64,000 nucleotides of DNA. It comes from Octopus bimaculoides (taxonomy: Eukaryota). The stretch covers positions 128,012,837-128,076,836 of the forward strand of contig NC_068982.1 of assembly GCF_001194135.2 (NCBI RefSeq), written 5' to 3'. Position 1 is the first letter of the stretch. Each line of letters opens with the position of its first letter. This document shows, piece by piece, positions 40,600 to 54,000 of this stretch. The notes beneath the pieces are model-generated. The model did not search any database. It was not told the DNA's origin and saw only the letters and a list, made by a program, of their open reading frames with translations. The position numbers and the translations under genes were made by a program.

Positions 40600-41850
40600 T
40601 GGGTTGGCAACTAAGTTCCCGCCGTTTTTTTTAATTAAAATTTTTTAAAAGGTTTAATAAAAGACAACAACTAATTAATCAATAATGTATTCACCCTTGT
40701 TTTTACAACTTATTTCCAACATTCAATAAGATTTTCAATACCTTGTTGGTAGAAATCACCCGATTTTGACTCGAAAAATTGATCCAACCATACTCTCAAT
40801 TCTGCATCATTATTGAATGAAACTTCGCGTATAGCATTTGAAAGAGATCGAAAGAAGTGGAAATCCATTGGTACCAAATCAGGAGAGTACGGCAGGTGTG
40901 GCAGCACTTCCCAGCCATGCTTTTGAATGGCTTCCTTGGTCATATTGGCGATATGAGGGCAGGCGTTGTCATGCAGCAGAAGAACTCCATGCTGCCAATT
41001 AGGTCTTTTCTCTTGAATAGCCATGTTGAGTCATTCCATCTGTTGAACATAGAGTTCCGCATTGACCGTTTGGTTCCATTCAAGCAATTCATAATGGATA
41101 ATCCCTGCCCAGTCCCACCATACATACAACATTGTTTTACACGGATGAAGATCTTGTTTCACGTGCGATGTTGCTTGTTTACTGGTGCTAAGCTCTCCTT
41201 ACGCTGTTTCATATTGATGTACAGGCATCATTTTTCATTGCCAGTAATGATTCGGTAAAGTCATCGTTGCTTGTGTCCATGAGTTGTGCGGTGAGGAGCA
41301 AGCAAACCAGCAGAGATTGTGGCTTGTTGATTTTTGTTGTTGTCACTTAAAGCATGTGGAACCCATGCTCCATACTTCTGAACCTTTCCCATCAAGTGAA
41401 GATGCTTCTCTATAACAGTATGGGAGCATTCCATTTTCTCTGCCAGCTCCCTTGTCGTTTGACAAGAATTTTCATGCGAAAGTTGGTTTAATCACTCTTC
41501 ATTGAACTCAACTGGATGGCCAGAACAAGGTGCGTCTTTGAGGTCAAAGTTTCCATTTTTGAACTTGGCATACCAATCACAAGCAGTTCTTTCAGCTATG
41601 GCACCCTCTCCATACACAGCACAAATGTCGTGAGCAACTTTTGCAGCCTTAGAACCTTGATTAAAAGCAAAAAGAAGGAGGTGTCGAAATGCTCATTTTT
41701 CTTAACTTGACATTCCATTTTAATGATCTGAAGATAAACAAAAATTAACTAAAATTAACTAGAAAAAAAAAAACAAAATAGATTCCAAAATGATTCAAAA
41801 ATAGAATTCTTGAAAAAAATAGATTCCAAAATTTAAAAACGCAATAAATT
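40597..41850 (-). mobile_element. Near full-length mariner; transposase pseudogene about 41718 to 40690; 5' TIR not seen
   Basis: TA + ctgggttggcaactaagttccc TIR; N-terminus MECQVKKNEH.. at 41718; HDNACPH and PYSPDLVPMDFHFF in ORF 40710-41024. Confidence 0.92.
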
Positions 41851-42465
41851 CCAAAATTGTTTTTTTTTAAACATTTTTTTACTTCTTATATTTGGGCACA
41901 ATGTCACAAATATGCAAAGAGATACAAATCGGTTGAACTGCCCTGGATATATTACTGGTATTTGTTAATAGATCTCTATCATTTTTAGTGATGGTTCCAA
42001 CCATTTAATCAGTAACATTGTATTAGCATGTGAGTGGCTGAATATTCCTCAGAGAAAATGTACCTATAATGTAATTCTCAGAAAGAGCCAGCATGACAGT
42101 GTGTGTGTGTGTGTGTGTGACAAGGCTGGTGTTTTGAAGTGCAGGTATAATTGAGTTGAAGAGCTTTCAAACATTTTCTCTCTCCCTGATTTCATTGCCT
42201 CGACTGTGGCTATACTAGAAGATATCCATGATGCCACACAGTAGGATTGAACCTAGGATCAGAGGATTGTGGAGGCCACTTCTTTACTGCTCAGTCATGT
42301 CTACACATATATTAGTGGTACTAATTTCATTAGTACCAGAATTATGAAACACAAAGTTAATTCCACAGGGGTTTGAAGTCAGAATACAATTAACTGCAAA
42401 GTAAAATTAAATAGAAATTAAACCCTGCAGCTCATTTAAGTCACTACTTAACTGTTTCTGTCACT

Positions 42466-42694
42466 TTAATCCTTTAGGATTTAAAGCAATCGTATCTGAC
42501 CCAAATATTCAACTTGTTTAATGTTCAAACTGGCCATGTCCAGTTTCTCACACCTACCCTATAATGTCATCATAAGAATAAACAGTCACATCATCAGAAT
42601 CTCAATGCTATGAGATAATACAGGATTAATTCAAAACAGTGTGAATAAATAAGCATCACCTTTGACAGATTAATCTGAATGCTAAAGAGTTTAA
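42466..42694. mobile_element. TTAA-flanked piggyBac-like MITE
   Basis: ttaa-tcctttagg...aatgctaaagagt-ttaa; same family as 8039-8248. Confidence 0.6.
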
Positions 42695-43019
42695 CATTCA
42701 TTTTCGTAACATTGATAATAATAATAATTGATTGTTATGAATAATTTTAATAATTATCTGAATTAATGGCACTTTATTCAGTTCAAGGTAACAAAAGTTT
42801 TACTTGAGTAGAAATTCTTGAAGTGAACGCTTTGATGCTTGGGTACTTGCATTCAAAATATGAAAAAGCATGCATAGTGATTGTGTGTTAACCTTTCAAT
42901 AATTTTCATTTTTAAAATGCATGAACATTTAGTTGTGTGTGTGCATATATATATATACACAGGTTTACCTATACAAACATGAAAAATAGAACTCAAAACA
43001 AGAGTATATATACAGGTGT

Positions 43020-43740
43020 AGGTGTGGCTGTGTGTTAAGAAGCTTGCTTCCCAACCACATGGTTTGGGGTTCAGTCCTACTGCATGGCACCTTGGGGGGC
43101 AAGTGTCTTCTACTATAGCCTCGGGCCAACCAAAGCCTTGTGAGTGGATTTGGGAGATGGAAACTGAGAGAAGCCTGTTGTATATATGTGCCGCCTGACT
43201 GGCTCCCATGCCGGTGGCATATAAAAAGTGCCATTTGAGAGCATGGTCGTTGCCAGTGTCGCTTGACTGATCCTGTGCCAGTTGCATGAAAAAAGCACCA
43301 TTCAAGCATAGTCAATGCCAGTACTGCTTGACTTGCCTGCATACCAGTGGCATGTAAAACATACCCACTACACTCTTGGAGTGGTTAGCTTTAGGAAGGG
43401 TATCCAGCTGTAAAAACCTTGCCAGATCAGATTGGAGACTGGTGCAGCCTTCTAGCTTGCCAGTCCTAAGTCAAACCGTCCAACCCATGGCAGCATGGAA
43501 AGCAGACGTTAAACAATGATGATGGTGGTCTATGTATATATATTTATTTATGTCTTTGTGTGTCTCCCCCCCCCCCACTATTACTTGACAACCAATGTTG
43601 GTGTGTTTACATGTCCATAACTTATCAGTTCAGCAAAAGAGATCGATAGAATAAGTACTAGGCTTACGAAGAATAAGTTCTGGGATCAATTTCTTCAACT
43701 AAAAAACCCATTAAGGTGGCGCTCCAGCATGGCCACAAAT
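43020..43740 (+). mobile_element. SINE-A split by an RTE 3' tail inserted at about 43190-43530
   Basis: Head 43020-43185, RTE tail ending gacgttaaacaatgatgatg, SINE 3' half 43535-43740. Confidence 0.75.
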
Positions 43741-43759
43741 CACAATCAAAAATGGAAAT

Positions 43760-44190
43760 TGTAGTTGAGGCCATTGCTAGTGCTGCTTGACTGGCTCTCA
43801 TGCTGGTGGCACGTAATAAGCACCATTCATGTATGAGTCGTTGCCAGTGCCGCCTGATTGTCTCCCCATGCCGGTGGCGTGTAAAAACCACCATCTGAAT
43901 GTGGTCAATGCCAGCCCCACCCCACCCCAACTGGCTCCTGTGTTGGTAGCGCATAAAAAGCACCATCCGAATGTGACTGATGCCAGTGCCACCTGACTGG
44001 CCTCTGTGCCAGTGGCATGTAAAAAGTACCCACTACACTCTTGGAGTGGTTGGTGTTAGGAAGGACATCCAGCTGTAGCAACATTGCCAGATCAGATTGG
44101 AGCCTGGTGCAGCTTCCTGGCTTGCCAGTCCCCAGTCAAACCGTCCAACCCATGCCAGCATAGAAAATTGACGTTAAACGATGATGATAA
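43760..44190 (+). mobile_element. RTE 3' UTR/tail with internal tandem units
   Basis: cccactacactcttggagtggttgg...gacgttaaacgatgatg. Confidence 0.8.
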
Positions 44191-44304
44191 GCTTATATAA
44201 TATTACAGAAAATAAAGTAAATCTCAAATGCAGAATAGCTGTGAATACAGCTTAGAAAATTGGGCAAGTACTTTTAGAAGATGGGGTGGGGGAGTGGCTA
44301 GCAT

Positions 44305-44377
44305 GCCGCTACAGGGAATTGAACCCTGTACTTCTCAAATTCTGGCTGAGCACTCTGAACAGTTAAGCTAAGCAACC
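44305..44377 (-). pseudogene. Solo tRNA-like cloverleaf (pseudogene or SINE head)
   Basis: Minus strand: T-arm CAGGG-TTCAATT-CCCTG, anticodon arm CTCAG-CCAGAAT-TTGAG, D-arm GCTT/GAGT; acceptor stem irregular. Confidence 0.45.
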
Positions 44378-45169
44378 TCTGGCATCAAATACCATCTTTT
44401 ATAATGCTAAATAATAGTTTTTGGAATGTGAGAGAATTTTTAATCTGCAGAAGTTACAATGTCTGTCCGTATGTGCATGTGTTAGTGAGTTCGTATTTCC
44501 ATTCCTCTATGTATGCACAACATAATATTGAAGCATTGCAAGTGTTGCATACTTGGTGTTTCATGTGACTCAACCCAATACTCAAGTAATCCATACTAGT
44601 TAACAAAGCTAGCAGTTTGATGTGAGAGTTTGGGTAATGCAATACATTAAGGTTTCTGTAGGTGAAGAATATTGAATGGCTACAGCTTTATTTGGATGAA
44701 TATTTTATTGTGAGGCTTAATTGCAAGACTTGAACAAATAAATTCTTGATTCTTTATACGTATGTTAAAACATTAAAGAGATGTAACATCAGGTCTCCAA
44801 AATGATGGAAATTTAATAGAGATATATTCAAGCTATCCTTGTCTCCAGCAATGATATTGCTGTTATGTTATATTATGTGATACAATATCAAATGTTCTAA
44901 ATATTTGGTCATAAATTAAATTTTTATGAGAGAGGTAGTTGAATGAAATGGGATGAAAAATAATATGAATTGAAGATAAATTGTTATAAATCACTCAAGC
45001 TAGATAAATATATCTAAAATGAGATTTTCTAAACTGACCTAAGAGATTTCGTATTACAAAAAAGATGTTAGCTATGTTTGTGTATATGAAGTGATAGAAA
45101 AGTGGTATGAACCCAAACCAGAGAATATTATGGCAAATGATGCTTACTTTTTTTTTTTTTTTTTTTTTT

Positions 45170-45428
45170 TGTGCGTGTGGCACATGAAATGCACCATTTT
45201 GAGCGTGGCCGTTGCCAGTACCGTCTGATTGGCCTTCGTGCGGGTGACACGTAAAAGCACCCACTACACTCTCTGAGTGGTTGGCATTAGAAAGGGCATC
45301 CAGCTGTAGAAACTCTGCCAAATCAGATTGGAGCCTGGTGTAGCCATCTGGTTTCACCAGTCCTCAGTCAAATCGTCCAACCCATGCTAGCATGGAAAGC
45401 GGACGTTAAACGATGACGACGACGATGC
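45170..45428 (+). mobile_element. Young RTE 3' tail copy
   Basis: Near-identical (reverse complement) to 2275-2450. Confidence 0.85.
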
Positions 45429-46025
45429 TTACAGAATTTTATGGGATTTCGTCATGAAAATTGACTATCCTGTCGAAGCAGGGAGACTAGATATGATCAT
45501 GGAAGACCGAAAGTACAAATCTTGTATGATTTTGAAATTTTGTGAGATCGAGTGCATGGAAAGTAAGCTAAGAAGATTGAGAAATATCAGTATGTAGCCA
45601 AACAGATGAAGATGTAACTGTTGCACATGACATAATGGCCAACATTGAAACTGAAGAGACTGAAGGATATTAGAATTGAAATATTGTGGGTTTGCAAAAT
45701 GTGCTATGCTGAATTCTACAAGAATCCTAAGAAAGGTTCCTGAGATTTGTTGTCACCAAATCTCAACTTAATATCTCTGCTAATTGAATTAGCATGTAAT
45801 AGCCTTTGTATAATAATGATAATACATTACAAAAACACCAGGACTTACAAGTGTATATAACATACAAAAAATAGCACTACTAGGCACCGCACACATCTTA
45901 CATAAAACACTTTCTATACTGTGAAAATAAGAGAGACATAACAAACCACAGCACATACCCAAGGCACACAGAGCTGTGCTCAGTAGTGCAGTGAAAGCAT
46001 ATGATAAAAATAAGACTACTGAATC

Positions 46026-46490
46026 GTTCATCGTTTAACGTCTGCTTTCCATGCTAGCATGGGTTGGATGATTTGACTGAGGACTGGCAAGCCAGAAGGC
46101 TGCACCAGGCTCCAATCTGATCTGGCAGAGTTTCTACAGCTGGATGCCCTTCCTAACGCCAACCACTCCAAGAGTGTAGTGGGTGCTTTTACATGCCACC
46201 GGCACGAGGGCCAGTCACGCAGTACTGGCAACGGCCACACTCAAAAAGGTGTTTTTTATGTGCTACCTGCATGGGAGCCAGTCCAGCGGCACTGGCAATG
46301 ACCTCGCTCAAATGATTTTCTAACGTGCCACCAGCACAACTGCTAGAAGGCAACACTGGTAACGATTACGCTCAAATGGTGCTATTTACGGGCCACTAGC
46401 ATGGATGCCAGACAGCTGCTCTGGCAATGAACATCCTCAGACAGTGCTGTTAGTGCTCCACTGGCGCAGGTACCAGTCATCGAGTATGGT
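46026..46490 (-). mobile_element. RTE 3' UTR/tail copy
   Basis: catcgtttaacgtctgctttccatgctagcatgggttgg terminus. Confidence 0.85.
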
Positions 46491-46629
46491 ATGAATAATA
46501 ATAATAATAGTAATAATGACTTCTTTATTAACTACAAGGGTTTACATTAAGAAAAACATTATGCACAGCACAGGAAAAAACAAAGAATGTGTGTTGTTGT
46601 GAGGGGTTTTTTTTTTTTTAAGTGCAATA

Positions 46630-46829
46630 GTAATAATAATAATCCTTTCTACTAAAGGCACACAGCCTGAAATTTTGGGGGAAGGGGCTAGTCGATTACA
46701 AATTTATTGACCCTTCAAAGATGAAAGGCAAAGTCGACTTCAGTAGAATTTGAACTCAGAACATAGTGACAGGTGAAATACTGCTAAGCATTTTACCCAG
46801 TGTGCTAACAATTCTGCCAGCTCGCCGCC

Positions 46830-46862
<33 letters not shown>

Positions 46863-47050
46863 TTTATTTCTAATGTTGGCGCAAGGCAGCAGTTTTGAGG
46901 TGTGAGGGCAAGTCCATCATATCAATTCTAGTACTCAAAATGGTACTTTATTTTATTGACCCTTAAAGGATAAAAGACAAAGCTGACCTCAGAATTTGAA
47001 CTCAGAACATAAAGAGCCAGAAAAAATGTCACTAAGCATTTTGTCTGAGA
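46630..47050 (-). mobile_element. Two tandem SINE-B copies with (AAT)n. Another copy at about 47515-47720
   Basis: gatgaaaggcaaagtcgac...gaatttgaactcagaac repeated. Confidence 0.75.
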
Positions 47051-47109
47051 TGGGTGCTTTTTACATGGACTCACATGAGGTCACTTGCAAGGCAAAAATC
47101 CCTTCAGCT

Positions 47110-47510
47110 GGTTGGGGTGGAGAATTAACAATTCTTCTGTGGTGGACAGGTCTTCTTGAGTACAGCAAAGTGCCAGATATCTTGGTCCTTTGTCATTTCC
47201 TTCATAAGGCACAGTGTCCTGAGATCAGCCTTCAATATTTTGTCTTGTGTCTTCTTGGGTTTCCCTCTTCCACAAGTTCCATCCACTTTAAGTGATCGGC
47301 ACTTCTTTATGCTGCTGTCTACATCCATATGTCTCACATGGCCAACCAGTGTAGTCTTCTTTCTTGCACACTGCATCTAATTCCTAACTTTCCTCTCAAT
47401 ACTAGCACTTTGTCTCACTTGTATACTTACATTGCACATTCAGCAGAGCATACTAGGGTCATTCCCTTCTAGCCTTCATGTGTCCTCTGCATTCAGGGCC
47501 CACATCTCAA
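47110..47510 (-). mobile_element. RTE LINE ORF C-terminal fragment
   Basis: ORF 47125-47376 GHVRHM...GTCGRGKPKKT. Confidence 0.8.
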
Positions 47511-49539
47511 TAATAATAATAATCTTTTGTATTATAGGCATAAAGCCGCAAATTTGGTAGGTGGGGCGAGTTGATTACATTGACCCCAGTGCCCAGCTAG
47601 TATTTTATTTTATTGATTCTGAAAGGATGAAAGGTGAAGTGATCCTCAGAGGAATTTGAACTCAGAACGTTTTTCTGGTATGCTAATGATTTTGCCAGTT
47701 CATCGCCTTAATAATAATAACGATGATAACAATAACAACAACAACAATAAGAAGAAGAAGAAGAATGATGATGATAACAATGATAACAACAATAATAATA
47801 ATTATAAGATAATCTGTATAGATTTGATTTGATCACTTCATTCTTTAGTTTATCTTTTACTTGAAACCATCTGTTCGCATTATATATCCATGCCAGTGTA
47901 GTTATCTCACGTTCACATATCAGATGTTTTCAATATTTAATCATTTCCTCAGCTTAACTTCTCCTTGCATAACTCAACATATCATCCTGAAATCTTTTCT
48001 CATACAGCCAGACATGATATTATTCTTTTAAAATAAGACTCAGAAGCAGAATATTGTTACTATATATTATCATGTAAATTATTAATATCAAATTATCTGT
48101 TAATCAACATGTAGCATGATCAAGGAAGATTATAGGAAATGAGACTATTTCCTGTTTTTACAACTGACAATATGAATGATATTTTCATACTGAATATTAG
48201 GATATAAGTATTGTTGAAAAGATTTTTATCAAAACCTATTATATGCTTTTTATATTCATCATATACTGAAATAGTGATAAAACTCTATTTTCTAGTCTTA
48301 ACCTGAAAGAATACCACTATGTTTGTATTTGGTGTTAACAAAGCCCTACATATATATCACTAGATTTGCATTGTTGGCTTTCAAATACAAGGAAATATTT
48401 ATATTTTTAATTTATAGAGATCTTGCCAAGTAATTATGTTCTGTATATACACATTGTAAGTTTCCTACAAAGAAAATGATCTTTCAATTATAGTAACAGT
48501 TTTCTTTTAGATAAGACTTCCTCCTTATTACTATTCTCATATATAATAAAACTGTGGAAAGGAAAATTGGATGATAAATTAATTTACTACAACTACTATT
48601 AACAGAGTTTCTACTAATTTGGGTGCCACATGCAAGTTAATTGTTAAACATGTCCTTCGACATAAGTTATTGTCAGGTCACTGGTTTTGCAGAAATGTTA
48701 AATGCTAGACTGAATAGATATTGATTTATTGGCTGTATTTATTGACAAAACCAGATAATGAGCAGTATGTATTTAGTTGAATTATTGTTGGGAGTCAGAG
48801 ATTTATTAGTATTTTTAACATTGATATAAAATACATGATAAACCAGTTTGTGAAGAATGATTGTATTTAGGGCGATAACTAAGTTTTTTAAATATTTGTT
48901 GTCTTACTATACTATTTGTTAACATGTTCTCAATGCAAGGTAATTTATTAAGAATACATAAAAAAAAAGAGTTTCTGGAATCTCATTAAATTCTTTCAGA
49001 AAAAATAAAGTATGTTTGCCTGTGAGGAAAACCACAATTTCTTTTCTACTTAGCACTACTAAAAGAGACCTTATATGAGATTCTTGTTAACAAAAAGTAT
49101 AGAAATTTCTATTCAAAAGGTAGATATATGATGTTACTTTATTAGAAATGTGTTTATGTTTTTTTTACACAATGTGTTAGATATCTTTGCAATCAAGATC
49201 GACTTTGTAGTCAAAATTCTAATAAACATTCCATGCACAAACAAATTCAAAGTATTTAAAAAAAAAAAAAACAATTGACACCTCCATTTAGTCAGGAGGA
49301 CTGCTACCTTTTCTTTACTTTGTCTTGAAAGTTAATAGATGACCTCACTACTACTGGTGCCACAAAATAAGTACCCCATACACTCTGTAAGGTGGTTGGT
49401 GTTCAGAATGGCATCCAGCTGAAGAAACCATGCCAAAGCTGACATTGTGGCCTGATGCAGCTCTGTGGCTTGGTTGATCCTGTCAAACTGTCCAGCTCAT
49501 GCCAAGCATGGAAAACAAAGAAAACAAACATTGAATGAT

Positions 49540-49739
49540 TCTTTTACTTGTTTCAGTCATTTGACTGTGGCCATGCTGGAGCACCGCCTTTAGTCGAACA
49601 AATTGACCCATGGACTTATTCTTTGTAAGCCTAGTACTTATTCTATCGATCTCTTTTTTGCTGAATCACTAAGTTATGGGGACATAAACACACCAGCATT
49701 GGTTGTCAAGCGCTGTCGAGGGGACAAACACAAACACAG

Positions 49740-49816
<77 letters not shown>

Positions 49817-49912
49817 GCTTTGGTTGGTCTGAGGCTATAGTAGAAGCCACTTGCTCAAGATGCCACGCACTGGGACTGAACCCAGAACCATGTGGTTGGG
49901 AAGCAAGCTTCA
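49540..49912 (-). mobile_element. SINE-A with long (TA)n (about 49743-49813) and internal deletion
   Basis: Family tail and head; body jumps after the (TA)n. Confidence 0.85.
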
Positions 49913-50286
49913 CCAAGATTTTGTACAGTCTGCAATTTGAGGACTACAGACAAGAAATGGAAGAACTGAAGAAATTCTTGTAAGTTTTAGACATCTATTC
50001 AAAGCTACAGGTCAGCAAAATATTGATTTACCAATTGCAGCTGCAAAATTGATATTTTATGTTTTATTTCTGGAATATTTTAATTACCATTTACATTGAT
50101 TCATGGCCCCAATTTTTTAATCATCTCTAAGCTCAGTTTATCTAAATTAGTTTTTAGTTTTCTTGAAAATTTTACATTAATGGGCCACACATTGCACTCA
50201 CATATGTGACTTATGGATTAGCATGTTTTCTCTTACATTGTAGTTTGTTGTTATTAAATACTTTGAGATTTTCCTGTAGGAAATAT

Positions 50287-50561
50287 CATCATCATTATCA
50301 TTTTCATGTTCATTTTTCCATACTTAAATGGCTCAGACACGATTTGTTGAGACAGATTTTTGGTGGCTGGATGCCCTTCCTGCCACTAACCCTCACTTGT
50401 TTTTGGGCAAAGTAATATTTCCCATTGGTTGGCCATGTTTTTCACAAATGACTGGAAAGAAATGATACCACATGACTGATGTTGCATTCTCTTACAGTTG
50501 TCATGTAATATCAAGACAAGACACAAATATACACACACACAAACGCACGCACGCATGCATG

Positions 50562-50609
<48 letters not shown>

Positions 50610-50760
50610 GAGGGGACAGGATTTTTTCATTTTCTTAGTACCAAATCTTGTCATGAGGTATGAATGATTCAGAGTTATAGTGGAAGACACTTGCCCAAGG
50701 TATCACACAGTGGGACTGGACCTGATACCAACAGTTTGGGAAGTGAATTTCTTACTACAT
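50287..50760 (-). mobile_element. SINE-A2 (A head + alternative tail) with (CA)n
   Basis: ggctggatgcccttcctgcc tail; ggaagacacttgcccaagg head. Confidence 0.7.
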
Positions 50761-51249
50761 TGCTGTTTTGAATTTGTAATTATGTTAACATAAAACCTTC
50801 ACTTTAGTTAAGATGAATAGATTATTAAGTTTTCTTTGTAATAAAACTCTGTATAATATTAATGATTAAATTTCCTAATTTATGTATATATACATTTTTT
50901 TAGTTATCAGCTGATTGAAAACTCAATACTTTCCATTATACTTAATTGCTACATTAGATCCACTATAAATTGATTTTTTTTTCTAACAAGTTGCCTTGTT
51001 TTTAAGCATGATAAAGATTTTATTAATTTTAAGTTAAAATTTGGTAAACATTTATGAAAGATGTTCAAAAGTATAGGTAGATAACTAGTTTCAGTGATTA
51101 ATTTCACATCTTAAATATTGTGTCAAAGACTTTTAACATATCAAAAGCTTTTTTTTTTTTTGTCCTGAGGTAGAAAATTTGTAAAATTTATACGGTTGTT
51201 GCTTATCATCTTCAAAACACAATGAAATCCTCACATTATAAATTTTATC

Positions 51250-51900
51250 ATGTGACTGCATGGTAAGAACGTTTGCTTACTGACTACATGATTCCATGTT
51301 TAGTCCCATTGCATGGAAATTTGGGCAAGTGTCTTCTGCTATAGCTATGGGCCAACCAACGCTTTCTAAGTGAGTTTGGTTGACAGAAACTGAAAGAAGC
51401 CCATCATATACCTAAATATGTCTGTGTGTGCATGTTTGTGTTTTTCCCCACCCCCACTGCTCCACCACTTGACAACTGGTGTTGGCTTATTTACATGTTT
51501 ATAAACCAGCATTCAGCAAAAGAGATTGGTAGAATAAGTACCAGGCGGAGAACTGGCAGAAACGTTAGCACGCCGAGCGAAATGCTAAGCAGCATTTCGT
51601 CTGCCGTTATGTTCTGAGTTCAAATTCCGCCAAGGTCGACTTTGCCTTTCATCCTTTCGGGGTCGATTAAATAAGTACCAGTTACTCACTGGGGTTGATG
51701 TAATCGACTTAATCCCTTTGTCTGTCCTTGTTTGTCCCCTCTATGTGTAACCCATTGTGGGCAATAAAGAAATAAGAATAAGTACCAGGCTTAAAAAAAT
51801 AAGTACTGGGGTCAATTCCTTCAACTAAAACCCTTCAAGGTGGTGCCCCAGCATAGGCTGCAGTCCAATGACTGAAACAAGTAATCGATAAAAGATATCT
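51250..51900 (+). mobile_element. SINE-A interrupted by SINE-B (51547-51774) with a perfect 16-nt TSD
   Basis: agaataagtaccaggc at 51531-51546 and 51775-51790. Confidence 0.9.
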
Positions 51901-52729
51901 TTCTCAGAGAAACTGCGACATTCCCAGGCTTGAAAATACTCAACAGATGAGTCTTTGCTTTTGAACACACCACAAATAGTATCTGAGCACACTATGAGCA
52001 CCATCTTACTGACATTCTGTGTCTTTTGATTGTGCTGCATTATCCTTTCTCTCATGATAGTGACATCTGTGTACAGCCTCATTCTGTACTTAATTTCTCT
52101 CAAAATATTGAATTTTACTGAATTTCAATTTTCAATTGTCTCAACTATATCAGTCTGAGAAGATTTAGAAAAATCAAAATGCTAAAAAAAAAATACCCCA
52201 CCTACTCATAGAAATGAGAACAGATTAAGTCTTTTAATTATATAATAATAGTTATGAAAATCAATAAGAAGAATGACTAAAAAAACAATCCTAAAACAAC
52301 AAACAGATCATCAAAAGAATATAAACTAAATATCTGTAAATAAGTGTGTGTTTACAGAATTTTTTTTTATATAAATATATTAGCGATCTGAAACATATAA
52401 GTTTATGTATAAATATATATATTTGCTTTATTGTAATTTGAAAATCATTGACAAGAATAACTTGTTTAAACTATTTCAGTGTATTATTTATAAAAACCCG
52501 ACTTAACTTCCATCTTCCACACCCCATAAGGCTGATTACTTATTAATAGTTAACTCTGATCATAAAAACATCAAGCGATTGATACTGCTTTTAGTATTGG
52601 CTTGTGATCAGTAAATTTTTATATGTTGTCTCTATTTTTATAACAGTAATAATTTATATATATATATAAATAATAAATTGTTAATCATTCATTGTCATCA
52701 TCATCATTGCAATCATGTTATGCTCACTT

Positions 52730-53560
52730 TTCTGTGGGTTTGACAGATCTTCTCTAGCACAGTGTCTCGCCATTTGTTGTAATCCCCGAGATCAGCTTTC
52801 TCTATTTATTCCTGTGTCTTTCTTATTCTTCATCTTCATGATCTCCCATTTGGATCATTTGGAAATTTATCCATCTGTTATCCACTATATGCATCACATG
52901 TCCACATCACCACAATCATGTCTTGTGAATGCTACATCTCATTCCTTTTATATCCAGTCTTTTTCTGTGCTCATTTATGCTCTGCCATTCATGCACATTA
53001 ACATTATACATCCAACAGGGCTTACTTACTTCTTTCCAGCTTTTGCGCATTCCTTGCATCCAGTGCCCAAATTTTGCTACCATGCAACATTGTATTTTAT
53101 ACACAAACATCAGATAATCTGTGAGAGAGAGAATCCCCTTGTTGCTAGAAACATTAATAGCTCCCTCAGATTTCCCCAACTCATTCTTGAACTCTGGACT
53201 CCTATGATTATTAGGTTACCTAGGCAACAAACTATGAACTACTATTATGGCTTTCTCTATGCATTTGAAAGAATATTTCATAGTTCTCATACTGTTAGAT
53301 ACTCCTGTGCATTAGTTACATACATATTCTTTGTCAGCCTGTCTGAGCGCTGCTATCATCCCATACACACTTTTTCCCAAAGTTGTCATTATTTACACTC
53401 ACATACTGTTGTGAAATCCAGAACACTTTGCATTTCTGTCGGCACATCCCTGACTTTCCATATCTCTTTGCTACACGTATTAACTGTAAACTACTTGATA
53501 TTGTTCCTTGTTTCCTCTTTCTTCCAGGCCTGACTCTTAGCAGTTAACACTTTTATATAC
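52730..53560 (-). mobile_element. Decayed RTE RT/C-terminal fragment
   Basis: Minus strand WGNLRELLMFLATRGFSL, like RTE W.KFRELLPLL.TKGLSL. Confidence 0.7.
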
Positions 53561-53609
53561 TGTATCTCCACTATGTCCCTTTCCATTCATTAGAGAAGCT
53601 GTCCCATCC

Positions 53610-54000
53610 CATCATCATCATCATCGTTTAACATCCGCTTTCCATGTTGGCACGGGTTGGACTGAGTACTAGCAAGCCATCAGGCTGCACCAGGCTCCAA
53701 TCTGATCTGACAAGATTTCTACAGCTGGTTGCCCTTCCTAATGCCAACCACTCTGAGAGTGTAGTGGGTGTGCTTTTTATGTGCCACCGGTCAGGTTGTA
53801 CTGGCATCGACCATGTTTAAATGGTGCTTTCTACATGCCACCACCACAGGAGTCAGTCAGGCAGTACTGACAACAACCATGCTTGAATGGTGCTTTTTAT
53901 GTGCCACCAGCATGGGAGCCAGTCAGGCAGCACTTGCAACGTCCACACTCAAATGGTGCTTTTTACATGCCACCAGCACAGGAGCCAGTCAGGCAGCATT
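53610..54000 (-). mobile_element. RTE 3' UTR with 66-nt tandem units
   Basis: atggtgcttt at 53821, 53887 and 53953. Confidence 0.8.

Noticed and set aside
52715-53533. 272-aa + strand ORF
   Set aside because: Antisense shadow of a decayed RTE RT fragment.
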